From NCBI RefSeq assembly GCF_006345805.1, contig NC_042998.1, forward strand, positions 12,772,001 through 12,836,000: DNA of 64,000 nucleotides, written 5' to 3'. Shown piece by piece: positions 1 to 11,850 of the stretch; the first letter of the stretch is position 1; every line of letters begins with the position of its first letter. This DNA comes from Octopus sinensis. Lineage: Eukaryota. Both the position numbers and the translations under genes were made by a program. The notes under the pieces were generated by a model. That model was not told the origin of the DNA and did no database searches. It saw nothing but the letters and a program-made list of their open reading frames with translations.

Positions 1-1213
1 TAAATTATAGCGTATGAAACTACCAGCGTTTGGAAATCTTTTAAAATGTTACATAAATAATAAAAGCCTATATTCGTTTAATAGTCATTTCAATTGCACT
101 GCAATAATTCTAAAGGAAATTATATATGTACATAAAAGGGAACAAGTTATCAGATTTATATTCCCATATGCAGGGGCAATATATATCATATATCTGTTGT
201 GATGCCTATAGAGCAATATCTCTTTGAGTTTTAGAAACTATAGATTTATATTTTTGTAATGTTTGAGCGTTAACTTTCAATTCATAGATTTAATCCTTTT
301 ATAATTGTTACAAAGGCGATATATTATTTTCATTTTCGAATACGTTTGCATTATTGGCCTCACGATAGTATCTTTTAAAAGTATTTCCTCCACCCACTCT
401 AACATTTCTCTAAAATGTGCAATTATTTCAAAATATAAAATTAATGTTCGGGATGAAACATAATTGTAGACTAATATGTCTTCTCCATAATATGTTTTAT
501 AAGATAAGTACTTTGATAATGGTTTTTTTGCTTATTTAAAACGTTCCTGGGTATTATTTAAACATAAATGCATACTTGTCGCCTTTGATGAAATGTTTTA
601 TCATATTACTATCCGATCTTTCTTTGTAATTCCATCGTAAAGAAATATAGTTATGGGCTTCGTAGTTTTAGGAAAGGAGATCAATAGTAAGTATATTTTC
701 TGATAAACGTAGCTATAGAATACTAAATGATATAGATGCATGTATCAATAGATATTTCTCTTTGAAGGTTTTAATGCCTGCTGATTTGAAATATTTCAGC
801 TTGCATTCGTTGGAAAATATTTTATTAAAAGGATCTGATGAATTGCAGCAGGGATGGTTTGAGAACTTGCGGAAACTACGAAAATACTTTCCATATAACG
901 ATTTAAACTCACATATTTAAAATTTCACACAATTTCCCATACAAAGTTGTCTAAACAATTTTTCTTTTTCATGTTTATAAAAATGTACTGCAGTATTTAT
1001 TTTAGAACTTATGATGGGAACTATAAATATCTTAAGTAAGAATATTTCAACAGCTGATATTATCGAGTCTGTTTCAATTCCCCTTCAATCCATTACATTT
1101 TTGTTATGAAAAACACAGTTCAATAAATGAAAAAAGTATAACATGAATGTTATATTAATCCCTCCTCTTCATCATATGAAACATTTGTTTCAAATCAGAT
1201 TTTAATGTCTTCA

Positions 1214-1270
1214 AAATGTCGATGATAGGCATGTCTAATAAATGTCGATGATAGGCATGTCTAATAAATG
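1214..1270. repeat. 26-bp tandem duplication (aatgtcgatgataggcatgtctaata x2)
   Basis: Two exact adjacent copies, 1215-1240 and 1241-1266. Confidence 0.9.
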
Positions 1271-2040
1271 TATATTTAGCAATAAGAATGCGTTTTAATT
1301 GTTTCATCTACATATACAAAATCATAAGTCGTTAAAAATAGCCTATGTTATTTTCAATCTATATTATCGTAATATAACAATAAACCGAGGAGAACATCAT
1401 AATAAGGTTTCGAAACTAGCTAGAAATAGCGTAAATTACACTGGACTCTCATAAAATAGACGTATACAATAGACAAAACATGCCAGTGTATGAATTGCCG
1501 AGAAAAATATGGTAAGGTTATCACTAGAAAGTTTTTGATCATAACTCTTGTGAATTAGACTTGATGTAAAGAAGCAAAATCAATGCATATAAAATCCAAA
1601 ATTAGATTGCACCTAAACTACAAAAGCATTCATTCTCTACGCTTTGATAAAGCTCATTAATATATTTTCATTTACTTTTATTAAAATTTTATTCATTCAT
1701 TGAACATTAATTCAGGAATTGCTCCCTTAACTTGAGCATTCATATGGCGGAGAATTAACACAAGAGTGTATGGTACAGAATTTTTACTGAATAATCAATG
1801 CGGCATGAGGTTAAATTTAAATCTGATATACTTATAGACTGATCACATGAAGCCAGTAATCTGAACCAGACTTCAGAACCACATAGAGTTTAAACAATTA
1901 TATCCTGGAACATCACAAGACACTAGTAAGAAATTTGAATACTTGATCAATGAAACTAAATTCATATTAATTTTCATAATTCGAAACTCTACAAATCCTT
2001 CAAATACTATCCCCACCTCTTCTCTCTGAATGTATATAAT

Positions 2041-2341
2041 AGTTTGATAATAGAGTTTATTATAAGTAAAATTATTATATTATTTATATCTTTAAAATAT
2101 TGTTTAAATATTTCTGATTATATTTTAGATATTACAATCACCTGAAGATTGACTGTAACCATAACTCGAATTATTACGAATTGGACAGCCATGAAACGAT
2201 TGTAGTGTTTTACTCATTATCTTTTATTAAACTTTTAATAATATTGATATATATTTAAAATAATATAAATTAATTAATTTTATGTATTGGCTTAAGTTTT
2301 ACATTGTTTGATTTGCCTAATACTGGTTTATCTCTAATTTA

Positions 2342-2345
<4 letters not shown>
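2041..2345 (+). mobile_element. ~300-bp dispersed repeat with a hammerhead-like motif (family H1), ending in (TA)n
   Basis: Nearly colinear with 46686-46995. Contains CTGAAGA(2142-2148)...GAAA cgattg TA(2193-2204). Confidence 0.8.
2139..2207 (+). ncRNA. Minimal type I hammerhead ribozyme motif (H1 copy 1)
   Basis: cac-CUGAAGA-u-ugacugu...acagcca-u-GAAA-cgauug-UA-gug. The helix III palindrome carries one C>T relative to the copy at 46784. Confidence 0.6.
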
Positions 2346-2429
<84 letters not shown>

Positions 2430-2445
2430 TTACATACATAGATAT
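2342..2445. repeat. (TA)n microsatellite
   Basis: Long TA run between the 3' ends of two different hammerhead-bearing repeats. Confidence 0.95.
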
Positions 2446-2453
2446 ATTTACAT

Positions 2454-2681
2454 ATCGTGAAGTACATTTGCCACTTAAATGGGGCTAACCCCTAAGGGTG
2501 TATGCTACTATAGCTTGTAGCCCAAGGAGAACACCTCCTCCAGCTGGCAATTGTAACATGTTGTGTGACCTATCAGTATTTGCAAAAGGAAGCCATCCTT
2601 CCCGTCTTCAACCTGGTATGATACACACGGATCCGAGTTTCTGGATATTGACCTTTCATCAGCATGTGACAATCCCTGGTT
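2454..2681 (-). mobile_element. ~230-bp repeat (family H2) with a degenerate hammerhead at 2624-2668
   Basis: Reverse complement of 4064-4288. Minus strand reads cacaug-CUGAUGA-a-aggu caau aucc-a-GAAA-cucgga-UC-cgugug. Confidence 0.8.
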
Positions 2682-2689
2682 ATTTCTTT

Positions 2690-3560
2690 ATTATAGGCAC
2701 AAAGCCAGAATACAGAGGGGACGTACACAAACATCTTCTTCGTTGCCAAAACTTACTTCCACTAAGCGATACTTTTTCCCACGTGTATATGAAAGAATGA
2801 ATTACAATGAATTAAATTACAGTGAATATGAAGCGGTTTTCTCGGTCCCGCTCCGAGACGAAACCGTGATGTCTTTTTTTACAATTAAACGTTCTTACAA
2901 TCCCTTTTCTTTTTTTCCTTTTTAGCTTGTTCGTTTTCTTAATCTTTTGTTTTTTTTTGTATCGTTTTTTCTTGTGTCTTTAAACTTTTTAACAGTCTAT
3001 TTTCCTCGTTTTTTTCTTCTTTGTATGAAGTACAAATTTTACTTGTTTTTACATGTTCGTAAAGGGTTTTAAATCTTCTAATTCCACGACTGGTGGGAGC
3101 TCGTCAGACTCGACTTCAACTCCCAGCGAGTCTATGAAATGTCCATACATCTCTTTTAATTCCAAAAATTTCTCTTTATCTACGACTATTCCTTTAGTGT
3201 ATTCCGGGTATTTTTCTAGCGGTAGCTTTTCCCTTATAATGCTCAAGTTTCTTTTTCTTCGTAATTTTTCTACATTGTCCTACTTATATTTTTCATCCTT
3301 TCCCGTTATGTTTCTCTCGGGGTTTTTTGTTTTCCTCTGTGCTTTTTCCTTCCTTCACCACCTCGCTGTTCTGGTACTTCCCTCCACTGCAACTCCACAT
3401 TCTGCTCTCTCTCTCATATTCCGGTTCTTCTGTAACTCTGTTCGACTCTGCTTGTTCGTTCTCGCTTTGCGTGTCTCTGCTGTATCTGTTCTGGTTTCAT
3501 TGTTTCGCCTCCTCATCGCTTTATATCTCTATTTCCTCTTCTGACATATCTGTTGTTAGC
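2690..3560 (-). pseudogene. Decayed charged, ORF1-like 3' fragment with an A-rich tail
   Basis: Minus-strand K/E/R-rich frame with stops. NLSIIREKLPLEKYPEYTKGIVVDKE resembles NLTIVKLNPRIYDNKIKAAIVEK at 27046-27288. Confidence 0.4.
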
Positions 3561-3609
3561 TCTTCTATAACTTTAGTTATATATTTGCAAAGGGAGGCCT
3601 ACTTTTCAT

Positions 3610-4051
3610 GGATCTTTTCGGTTTGAACGGCAGTTTTTAGCATAATTTCTAGGTAACTAAAACATTTTAAACTTCGTATACTGGTAGAATGTGTTTATAA
3701 AACATATTTTTCTCTTGACTTTATTGAGAAAATTCTATAGTTTGTAAGATATTTGTTGTTGTTTTTCTACAATTTCTGCAATTTCAAACAATCAGTGACG
3801 TCTATTGAGTTAAAAAGCATTCTGTGCCGTATGAATATGTCCCTCGCTTAAGAAACGTTTATTTACATTTGTGAAGAAAAAGATACCCTTCACCAACCCC
3901 TAACCCTAACCCTAACTCACCCTGACTAACACTAACTAAGCCTAACCCTAAAAGAGATTGAAATGCTATAGATCGGTTCTAGGGTCATAATTATGGGTGA
4001 CAATTTCATATGACACCGCTAGAAAAACTGCCGTTCAAAACGAAAAGATCC
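3610..4051. mobile_element. MITE with 29-bp TIRs (GGATCTTTTCGGTTTGAACGGCAGTTTTT) and an 8-bp TSD
   Basis: TIRs at both ends. TSD cttttcat at 3602-3609 and 4052-4059. A second copy lies at 36004-36367. Confidence 0.9.
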
Positions 4052-4063
4052 CTTTTCATCGAC

Positions 4064-4288
4064 AATCAGGGATTGTCACACGCTGATGACGGGTCAATAC
4101 CCAGAAACTCGAGTCCGTGTGTATCATAGGTTGAAGACTGGAAGGATGGCTTCCCTTTGCAAATACTGATAGGACACAGGAAGTGTGTCAATAGCCAGCT
4201 GCAGGAGGTGTCCTCCTGGGGCTACAAGCTACAGTAGCATCCACCCTTAGGGGTTAGCCACATTTAAGTGGTAAATGTACTTCACGAT
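4064..4288 (+). mobile_element. ~230-bp repeat (family H2) carrying a hammerhead
   Basis: Inverted copy of 2454-2681, followed within ~40 bp by a (TA)/(TATG)n tract. Confidence 0.8.
4077..4121 (+). ncRNA. Minimal type I hammerhead ribozyme with intact core and GUC site
   Basis: cacacg-CUGAUGA-c-gggu caau accc-a-GAAA-cucgag-UC-cgugug. Perfect 6-bp helix I, 4-bp helix II and palindromic ACUCGAGU helix III. Confidence 0.75.
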
Positions 4289-4327
4289 GTTGTGCAGCTA
4301 CTGTTTATACCTCGCGCAGAGATTTAT

Positions 4328-4445
4328 TATTGCTTATATATATATATGTATGTATGTATGCATATATTTATGTATGTATGTATGTATGTATGTATGTATG
4401 TATGTATGCACGTACGTACGTACGTATGTATGTATGTATGTGTGT
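4328..4445. repeat. (TA)/(TATG)n compound microsatellite
   Basis: Direct reading. Confidence 0.95.
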
Positions 4446-5109
4446 ATTTGTCAGTATTTGTGTGTACATGTTCACACACACACACTTATATATACAGACT
4501 TGTATACATGTGTATGTATATAAATGTGCACAGACTTACACACTTATATCGTAAGGCAAAAGACTAAAATGTAAGTAAATATGATGCAGTAGTTATACGT
4601 TTACTTACGAAAGAGAACACAATCGTAAATTAATGTGTTGTAATACTGATCACGCCAACCAGAATGTTGAAATTGTTAACATCTGTTGACGATCAAGTAG
4701 TAACACGCAAAAGCACTTTACTTAATTATTTTAGCCCGTTGTTCATACAAAAATTTTCTGATTAACACTTGCTTTCTTCAAAGAAAATTATAAAACTTTG
4801 TATGCAGGATTAGAATTATTTTCAAACAAGAATTTAAAATTTGTCTTACTAGGTAACACTAAGGATGAAATTGTTAAGAAGTATAATGCATTAATTCACA
4901 GTGGATTTAATTCACGAAAATTTTATTAACTTCTTACAATTCTCAGTTACAGCGTTTGCTTCAAATACAGGCTGAAAATGTATATCAAGTTTACACAGCC
5001 AACGGGAAAAAAATATGAAACCGTATGCTTAGGATAAAAACAAGATTTTTGTAAATAAAAAGGACTTTGTGGAAAGAAGTAGTTGAGTGCATATACTCCT
5101 ATAAAAGGA

Positions 5110-5164
<55 letters not shown>

Positions 5165-5189
5165 GTAGTAGTAGTAATAATAATAATAA

Positions 5190-5572
5190 AAAAAAATGCT
5201 TTCTAATTGATGTATCAATACCGGCTGATGACAACGTGTCTCTAAAAGAAATGGAGAAACTCTCAAAATACAAAGACCTGGAAATAGAGGTAACTAGAAT
5301 GTGGAATCTGAAAACAGAAACAATTCCTATCATAGTAGGTGCATTAGGCATGATAAAAAAATATTCAGACAAATACATAACAAAAACACCAGGACTTACA
5401 AACACATATAACATACAGAAAATTGCACTACAAGGCACTGCATACATCCTACGCAGAACACTTTCCATACAATAACCATCAGAGCATCACAACAAATCAC
5501 AGCACATACCCAAGGCACACAGAGCTGTGCTCGGTAGTGAAGTGAAATCACGCTATAAAAATAAAACTACTG
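5190..5572 (+). mobile_element. 5'-truncated R4/Dong-clade non-LTR retrotransposon (RLE domain + 3' UTR)
   Basis: CFLIDVSIPADDNVSLKEMEKLSKYKDL...VGALG is the PD-(D/E)xK restriction-like endonuclease. (TAA)n lies on both sides. 3' UTR matches 10555-10652. Confidence 0.9.
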
Positions 5573-5605
5573 AATAATAATAATGATAATAATAATAATA
5601 ATAAT

Positions 5606-5929
5606 GGGGGAGCATCATAGCAATGTGTTCAGAGGAATTCTTTGGGGTTTGAATAATTCACCCCTGGAAACATGGGTGTTTCGTTCAACATCCTTAAACA
5701 GGTACCTTTTGAGCGGGATGGGTTACTCGACCAGAATAAAATTTTAACTGGGCCCCACCTGCAAGATCATGCGCTGTTTATCTTGATATGAGATCACCAT
5801 GTCGCGCACATATGATTGTGATGCATTTGCCTAGTGTACTCTTATCTGACGGGTAGTCATGATGGGTATACTGGGCTTCGTATATTTTACCCCAGTGCCA
5901 CTTTGATGGGAAGCACTGCTCTCTCACTC
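5606..5929. mobile_element. Unclassified ~320-bp element bounded by (TAA)n on both sides
   Basis: Non-microsatellite block between TAA tracts, ending ...ctctctcactc(aat)n. Possibly the 3' end of another TAA-targeting LINE or SINE. Confidence 0.45.
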
Positions 5930-5974
5930 AATAATAATAATAATGTTGATGATGATGGTGATTGTGATGATGGT

Positions 5975-6183
5975 TTCAAATTTTGTCACTAGGACAGTGA
6001 TTTTAGGCGAGGTGATGAGTCGATTTCATCAATCCCAGTCTTCAACTGGTACTTAATTTATCGACCATAAGAAGGTGAAAGGCAAAGTAAACCACGGAGG
6101 AATTTGAATGAGAACGGAGCGGCAGACGAGATATCCGCTAAGCAAAGAGCCTGGCGTGCTAACAATTTTGCCAACTCACCGTT
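5975..6183 (-). mobile_element. tRNA-derived SINE family S2 (diverged)
   Basis: Homologous to 56262-56492 and 57381-57615 (actggtactta...gaaaggcaaagt...ggaatttgaa). Confidence 0.7.
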
Positions 6184-6207
6184 TTAATAATAATAATAAT
6201 AATAATG

Positions 6208-6269
<62 letters not shown>

Positions 6270-6999
6270 GTGGACGCTTAAATTGTGAGAGTGATAAAAC
6301 TCTGATCCGAAATCTATCTAAAAACATTGACAATAATGACAACAAATGCAGCCTAAAATAAATGTTAAAGTGTTGGACTATATCTGCTCATTAATATTTC
6401 TGCTTTCCGAATGAAACGATGTATCTTAACTGTGTGTTACTTCCGGCTTTCGCACAACATGCGTAAACATGCTCGCCACTCTGACAAAGCGCTGGACTAC
6501 ACCCGATTAAGTAATACACATTAAAAGTGCTGGATTATATCCGAGTACTATATATTGGACTATATCCGGTTAAATACACATTACAAACACATAAGTATGT
6601 AAACTAATTAATTACGTATACACCCCGGTTTTTACATGAATACATTTTAATATTTCAAAATACCACTAAGTAATGTATGAGCAAGCGCGCACACACACAC
6701 ATAGCTGAATCGAGTAAAAAAAAAACGACGATCACTAGTCATTACTGATCACAAAAGCCCTAAACAGATATTCATATATATACCCCCAACACACACGGCT
6801 TTAATCAAATATATATCCTTCACAGAAACAACAGAGGTGGATATTAGTTTTTTTGCTTGTTTCTTTGTCTCGTTTAACTATATTTATTTGTTTATAATCA
6901 TAGAAGCGGTGCTCTATCAATTTGTTTACGCTAATAGATAAGACCCGGAGCCTGGTACTAACACGAAAGTGTTAATGACAATTAGTCAAAATCCATGTT

Positions 7000-9169
7000 G
7001 GATCAGAGGAAATATTAACCATGGCAAATAGTAAAAAATGGAAATAATATCAGTGAGGATAATAATAATAATGAAAGTAAACAGTTGGAATCTACCCATG
7101 TCCTGATTGATAATACATCTAATGACGGTGTCACAATAAAAACCTGATAACCACTATCTCATATGAGTGGAAATGATAAATCAAAATATTGTGTATAACG
7201 GTAGTATTGAAACTAAAGCTCTTGATGGTGACAGTGTTGTACCCGACAGGCTCAGAGATACTGGTCCGATTCCAGCCTGTCGTTATCCAGGAAAGGACCA
7301 GCACACACAGCGTAGACGAAAAAATAAATCAATGCTATGTTCACGGAGTGTTACTACCTGAGCAACCTTGTAGACTATAATGGTGTTCATATTCGGGGAT
7401 ACCGACAACGTTTCTTTGATCAATGGAGAGAAAGAGGATTGTTTCAACTCACGAAACAGAGATTATCTGATCAAGCCAGAGCAATAACAAAAGTCATTGG
7501 TTCACATAAATAGAAGAACTAGAAAGCTCGAAGCTATCAAAAGATGGGTTTTGGAAAACAGTAGCAGTGGAAACAATGAAAATACAGTTCCTACTGATAA
7601 AAGTTATCTCATAGCAAAAATAAAACGGAGGGGAAATATCTAATAAGCCACAGGAAAGGAACAGTGATAGCTTGCTCGACGAGAAGCGTAAAGAGGGTTT
7701 GGAAGAAGATAATAAAACTAATGGTGACATGACAGATGGGTAAAATGCAATCTCCCACAGAATAAAGGCAAGGCTATAGGAGAACAATAGCGACATTATT
7801 TGTAACTTTAAAAAGGTTGTTCGGTGGAAATTGAACCAAGAAACGAAAAATGTGAATGAAATTATGAAATACATCAGAACAAAACACATCACAAAAACAA
7901 ATAATTTGATCAAAGCAGCAAATATTGTTGTAGCAGAAAATGTGGGTATTGATGTCAAGAAAAAGAAATATAATGGGAGTGACAAAAGAAAAGATCCATG
8001 GTGGAAAAGCAGAATACTGGACATTTCTGTGTTAGACCGAAAAGAAAAGAAGCTCAGAAACGAACAGAAATATAGGGCACTGAACAGGAAGTACGATATT
8101 GAAAGAAAGGGGCTGAATGTGGTAATGGAGGAACTGAAACAGCGCCTCGTTGCAGAATTATTGGATACGAACACAGCATTAGAGCAGAAGAAGACAACAT
8201 AGCATGGTATGTAAAAAATGCCACAGAACCGCTATTATTGGAAGTAAGAAGATCAGGCTTATGTAGGATGACAGATTGCAAAGATAAACAACTGTACAAG
8301 AAATTAAAAACGAATGAAACTGAAAATAAGTAGGTACAGAAAAGAATATATGGTGAATTTCATAGAGATGTTGAAGATAAGATAGACAGAGAAAAAAGAT
8401 GGCTGTGGGTGACTAAAAGTGATTTAAAATCGGAAACGGCGACTCTAATCTCTGCTGCCCAAGAGCAAGCACTAAGAACAAACTACATAAAATACAGAAT
8501 AGACAACACAGCAGAAAGTGACAAGTGCAGAATCTGTGGACAAACCGGTGAAACCTTATGGCATATAACCAGCCAATCTGCGCCACTAGCCAAGAAGGGG
8601 TATAAGAGATGCTACGGCAATATAGCCCGGCTTGTCCCTTGAATACTTTGAAACAAATATGGGCTTGACAGAACAAAAAATTGGTACGACTACAAACCTG
8701 AAGGCATCGTCGAAAATAGAAATGCAATGAGCCAATTGTATTTTATGATTCAGTGGGACCATAAGATACAGAAGAGAAAGCAGAACATAGTCTTAATTAA
8801 GAAAGAAAGCAAACTATGCTGGATCATAGACATAGCATGCCCAGTTTACGACAAGGTATGCGATCATGAAGAAAGAAAAGTCGAGAGATATGACAGGTCA
8901 GCTTGGGAAGTTAAGCAGTTGTGGTCGATGAAAACGGTAGCAGTAGTACCAATAAATGTTGGAGCCCTGGGAACAGTGAACAAAAATCGCAAGAAGTACG
9001 TGGAACAAATAGCGGCTGCAATAAGGGTGGAGCACTTACAGAAAGCAGCACTGCTTGGAACCGCTCGAATACTCCGGAAGGTGCTCGAAAAATAAGAGAT
9101 GTTACCTTAGTTCACTGATAGTGAATATCGAACACTGTAGTACATCTCCAGCGTTAGAAGCTGTGCAAA

Positions 9170-9171
<2 letters not shown>
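7000..9171 (+). mobile_element. R4/Dong-clade LINE, near full-length at the 5' end but with the RT core deleted
   Basis: N-terminal ECYY..RGYRQR..QRLSDQARAI, DPWWKSRI and ELKQRLVA motifs join directly to post-RT LIGYEHSIRAEEDNIAWYVKNATEPL. Then AAQEQAL, CRICG..ETLWHI zinc finger and RLE (IIDIACP...VGALG). (TAA)n follows the 3' end. The 5' boundary is approximate. Confidence 0.85.
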
Positions 9172-9216
<45 letters not shown>

Positions 9217-9257
9217 TAATAATAAAAATAATAATAATAATATGAATAATAATAATA

Positions 9258-10652
9258 AGACGAAGAGGAATATTCCAAGGAGATACGCTCTCTCCACTCC
9301 TTTTCTGCTTGGCACTGTCACCTCTATCGGATATGCTAAAGAGAACTGGATGCGGATATAAATGTTACGGCAAAACGATCAGCCACCTTTTGTATATGGA
9401 TGACCTAAAACTATACGCTACAAATTACAAACAGCTGGAAACACTACTAAAGACAGTTCATGGATTTACCAAAGAAATAGATATGAAATTTGGATTAGAG
9501 AAATGCGCCAAAGTAACCATGAAAAGAGGAAAACTAGTTAAGAGTAGCAACATCACACTAGATAAAACCAATGAATTAAAAGAATTAGACCAAAGCCAAA
9601 CTTACAAATACTTAGGAATCCATGAACTAGATAGGACACAACACACACAAATGAAGGAGAGAATAAAAAAAGAATATTATAGACGAGTTAGATCAATACT
9701 GAAAACAGAGTTCAATGCTAAAAACAAGATAATATGTATCAACACTTTAGCCTTCCCAGTTATAACTTACAGCTACAATATCCTTAACTGGACACTAAAT
9801 GAACTGACAAAAATTGATAGGAAAACAAGAAAAATAATGACAAGAAATAGACAAAGAAAAATCCCAGCAATGGTTGAGAAGCTCAGGACTCAAAGCAGAG
9901 ACAGAAGGATTTTTAATTGCAGCACAAGACCAAAGCCTCCCCACCAGAAATTACCAAACACATGTAATGAAAATAAATATAACAAGTAACTGCAGAATAT
10001 GTGGAGATGGACAAGAAACAATAAATCATATTATTACCCAGTCCTGGCTAAGAAGGAATATATTCACAGACACGACAGAGTTGGGACCTATATACACTGG
10101 AAACTATGCCAAGATTATGGAATAACAACAGAAAAAAGAGGGTATAGGCACACATCAGAAAAGGTCACAGAAAACGAGAAAGCAACCATACTCTGGGATA
10201 TGCCAATACACACAGATAGAGAAATTAAGGCCAACAGACCAGATATAGTTGTCAGAGATCATGAAGAAAAAAAGTATTTTCTAATTGATGTATCAATACC
10301 AGCGGATGACAACGTTTCTCTCAAAGAAATAGAGAAACTTTCAAAATACAAAGACATGGAAATAGAGGTAACCAGAATGTGGAATCTAAAAACAGAAACA
10401 ATTCCTATCATAATAGGTGCATTAGGTATAATAAAAAAAGGTTCAGACAAATACATAACAAAAAACACCAGGACTTACAAACACATATAACATACAAAAA
10501 ATTGCACTACTGGGCACGGCACACATCCTACGTAGAACACTTTCCATACAATAACCATCAGAGCATCACAACAAATCACAGCACATACCCAAGGCACACA
10601 GAGCTGTGCTCGATAGTGAAGTGAAAACACGCTATAAAAAAATATACTACTG
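9258..10652 (+). mobile_element. 5'-truncated R4/Dong-clade LINE (RT core, zinc finger, RLE), frameshifted
   Basis: RRGIFQGDTLSPLLF, HLLYMDDLKLYA, FGLEKCA, YKYLG, AAQDQSL, CRICG..ETINHI, RPDIVV..IDVSIP. (TAA)n on both sides. Confidence 0.93.
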
Positions 10653-10687
10653 AATAATAATAATAATAATAATAATAAGAATAAGAA

Positions 10688-10718
<31 letters not shown>

Positions 10719-10809
10719 GACATTCATTATGTTTTCTACCTCGTCTTAATGAATTTCGCATAGCTCCAAACCAACTCCGATACAACATACGGATGGAAGA
10801 TTCCATTAG

Positions 10810-10850
<41 letters not shown>

Positions 10851-10934
10851 TACACATATATATGCATACAGACACACATACATATATATATATATATACA
10901 TACATATATATATATATACTATATACATACATAT

Positions 10935-11017
<83 letters not shown>

Positions 11018-11055
11018 CATATGTATAAATATATATATACATATATATATATATC

Positions 11056-11086
<31 letters not shown>

Positions 11087-11242
11087 TTAGTTTAAATTTA
11101 CAGACTGAATTAACTCTTGTTTACTGATCATGTTTCAAGAAGCCTACGGATATCCCCTGCAGTCCCAAAAACTGATGATCTAGGTGTTCCATCTTATACT
11201 TGTACCGTTTATACTTGTATTTTTTCGTATACATATATATAT

Positions 11243-11303
<61 letters not shown>

Positions 11304-11423
11304 ATGTATGTATGTATTTATGTATGTAAGCGTGTATGTATATATATATATATATCATATATATATATATATACATATATACATACATATATATATACAT
11401 ACATATATATATATATATATATG

Positions 11424-11458
<35 letters not shown>

Positions 11459-11460
11459 TA
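10810..11460. repeat. Two long compound (TA)/(CA)/(TG) microsatellite tracts
   Basis: Direct reading; source of the YIYI ORFs. Confidence 0.95.
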
Positions 11461-11850
11461 TGCATGTATATAAGCATGTGTTCATTTCGAGTTATTTAAC
11501 CTCTACACTAAAACATCATGAATTCCTTACATTATTCGACGCACTTCGCTATCTTATAGAATCATGATGTGTTGTAATCGTGACGTTAATTAAATTTAAT
11601 TAATTATCACTTATTAGTTGATACGCAGACTTAATTTAGAACTGCGTGAACATTTAGTCGAACATTCTATACACAGCAGTGAAAAAAAGGAATTTTAGTT
11701 TTTATAATTTTATCGGAGAGGTAAAGATGGTAAAATAAATGGATGGTTAACAAACTGTCGTCAGGGTTTCTGAGGAAAAGAAAACATTCAATTCATCACA
11801 GGTAAAAATAAATAACAATTAGGTGTAGGTGTGGCTGTGTGGTAAGTATA

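Noticed and set aside
700-910. SLYGKY motif reminiscent of protein-primed PolB (Maverick)
   Set aside because: It is a short match only, with no other polymerase motifs in frame.
3895-3952. (CCCTAA)-like telomeric repeats
   Set aside because: Only a few degenerate units, internal to a TIR-bounded MITE.
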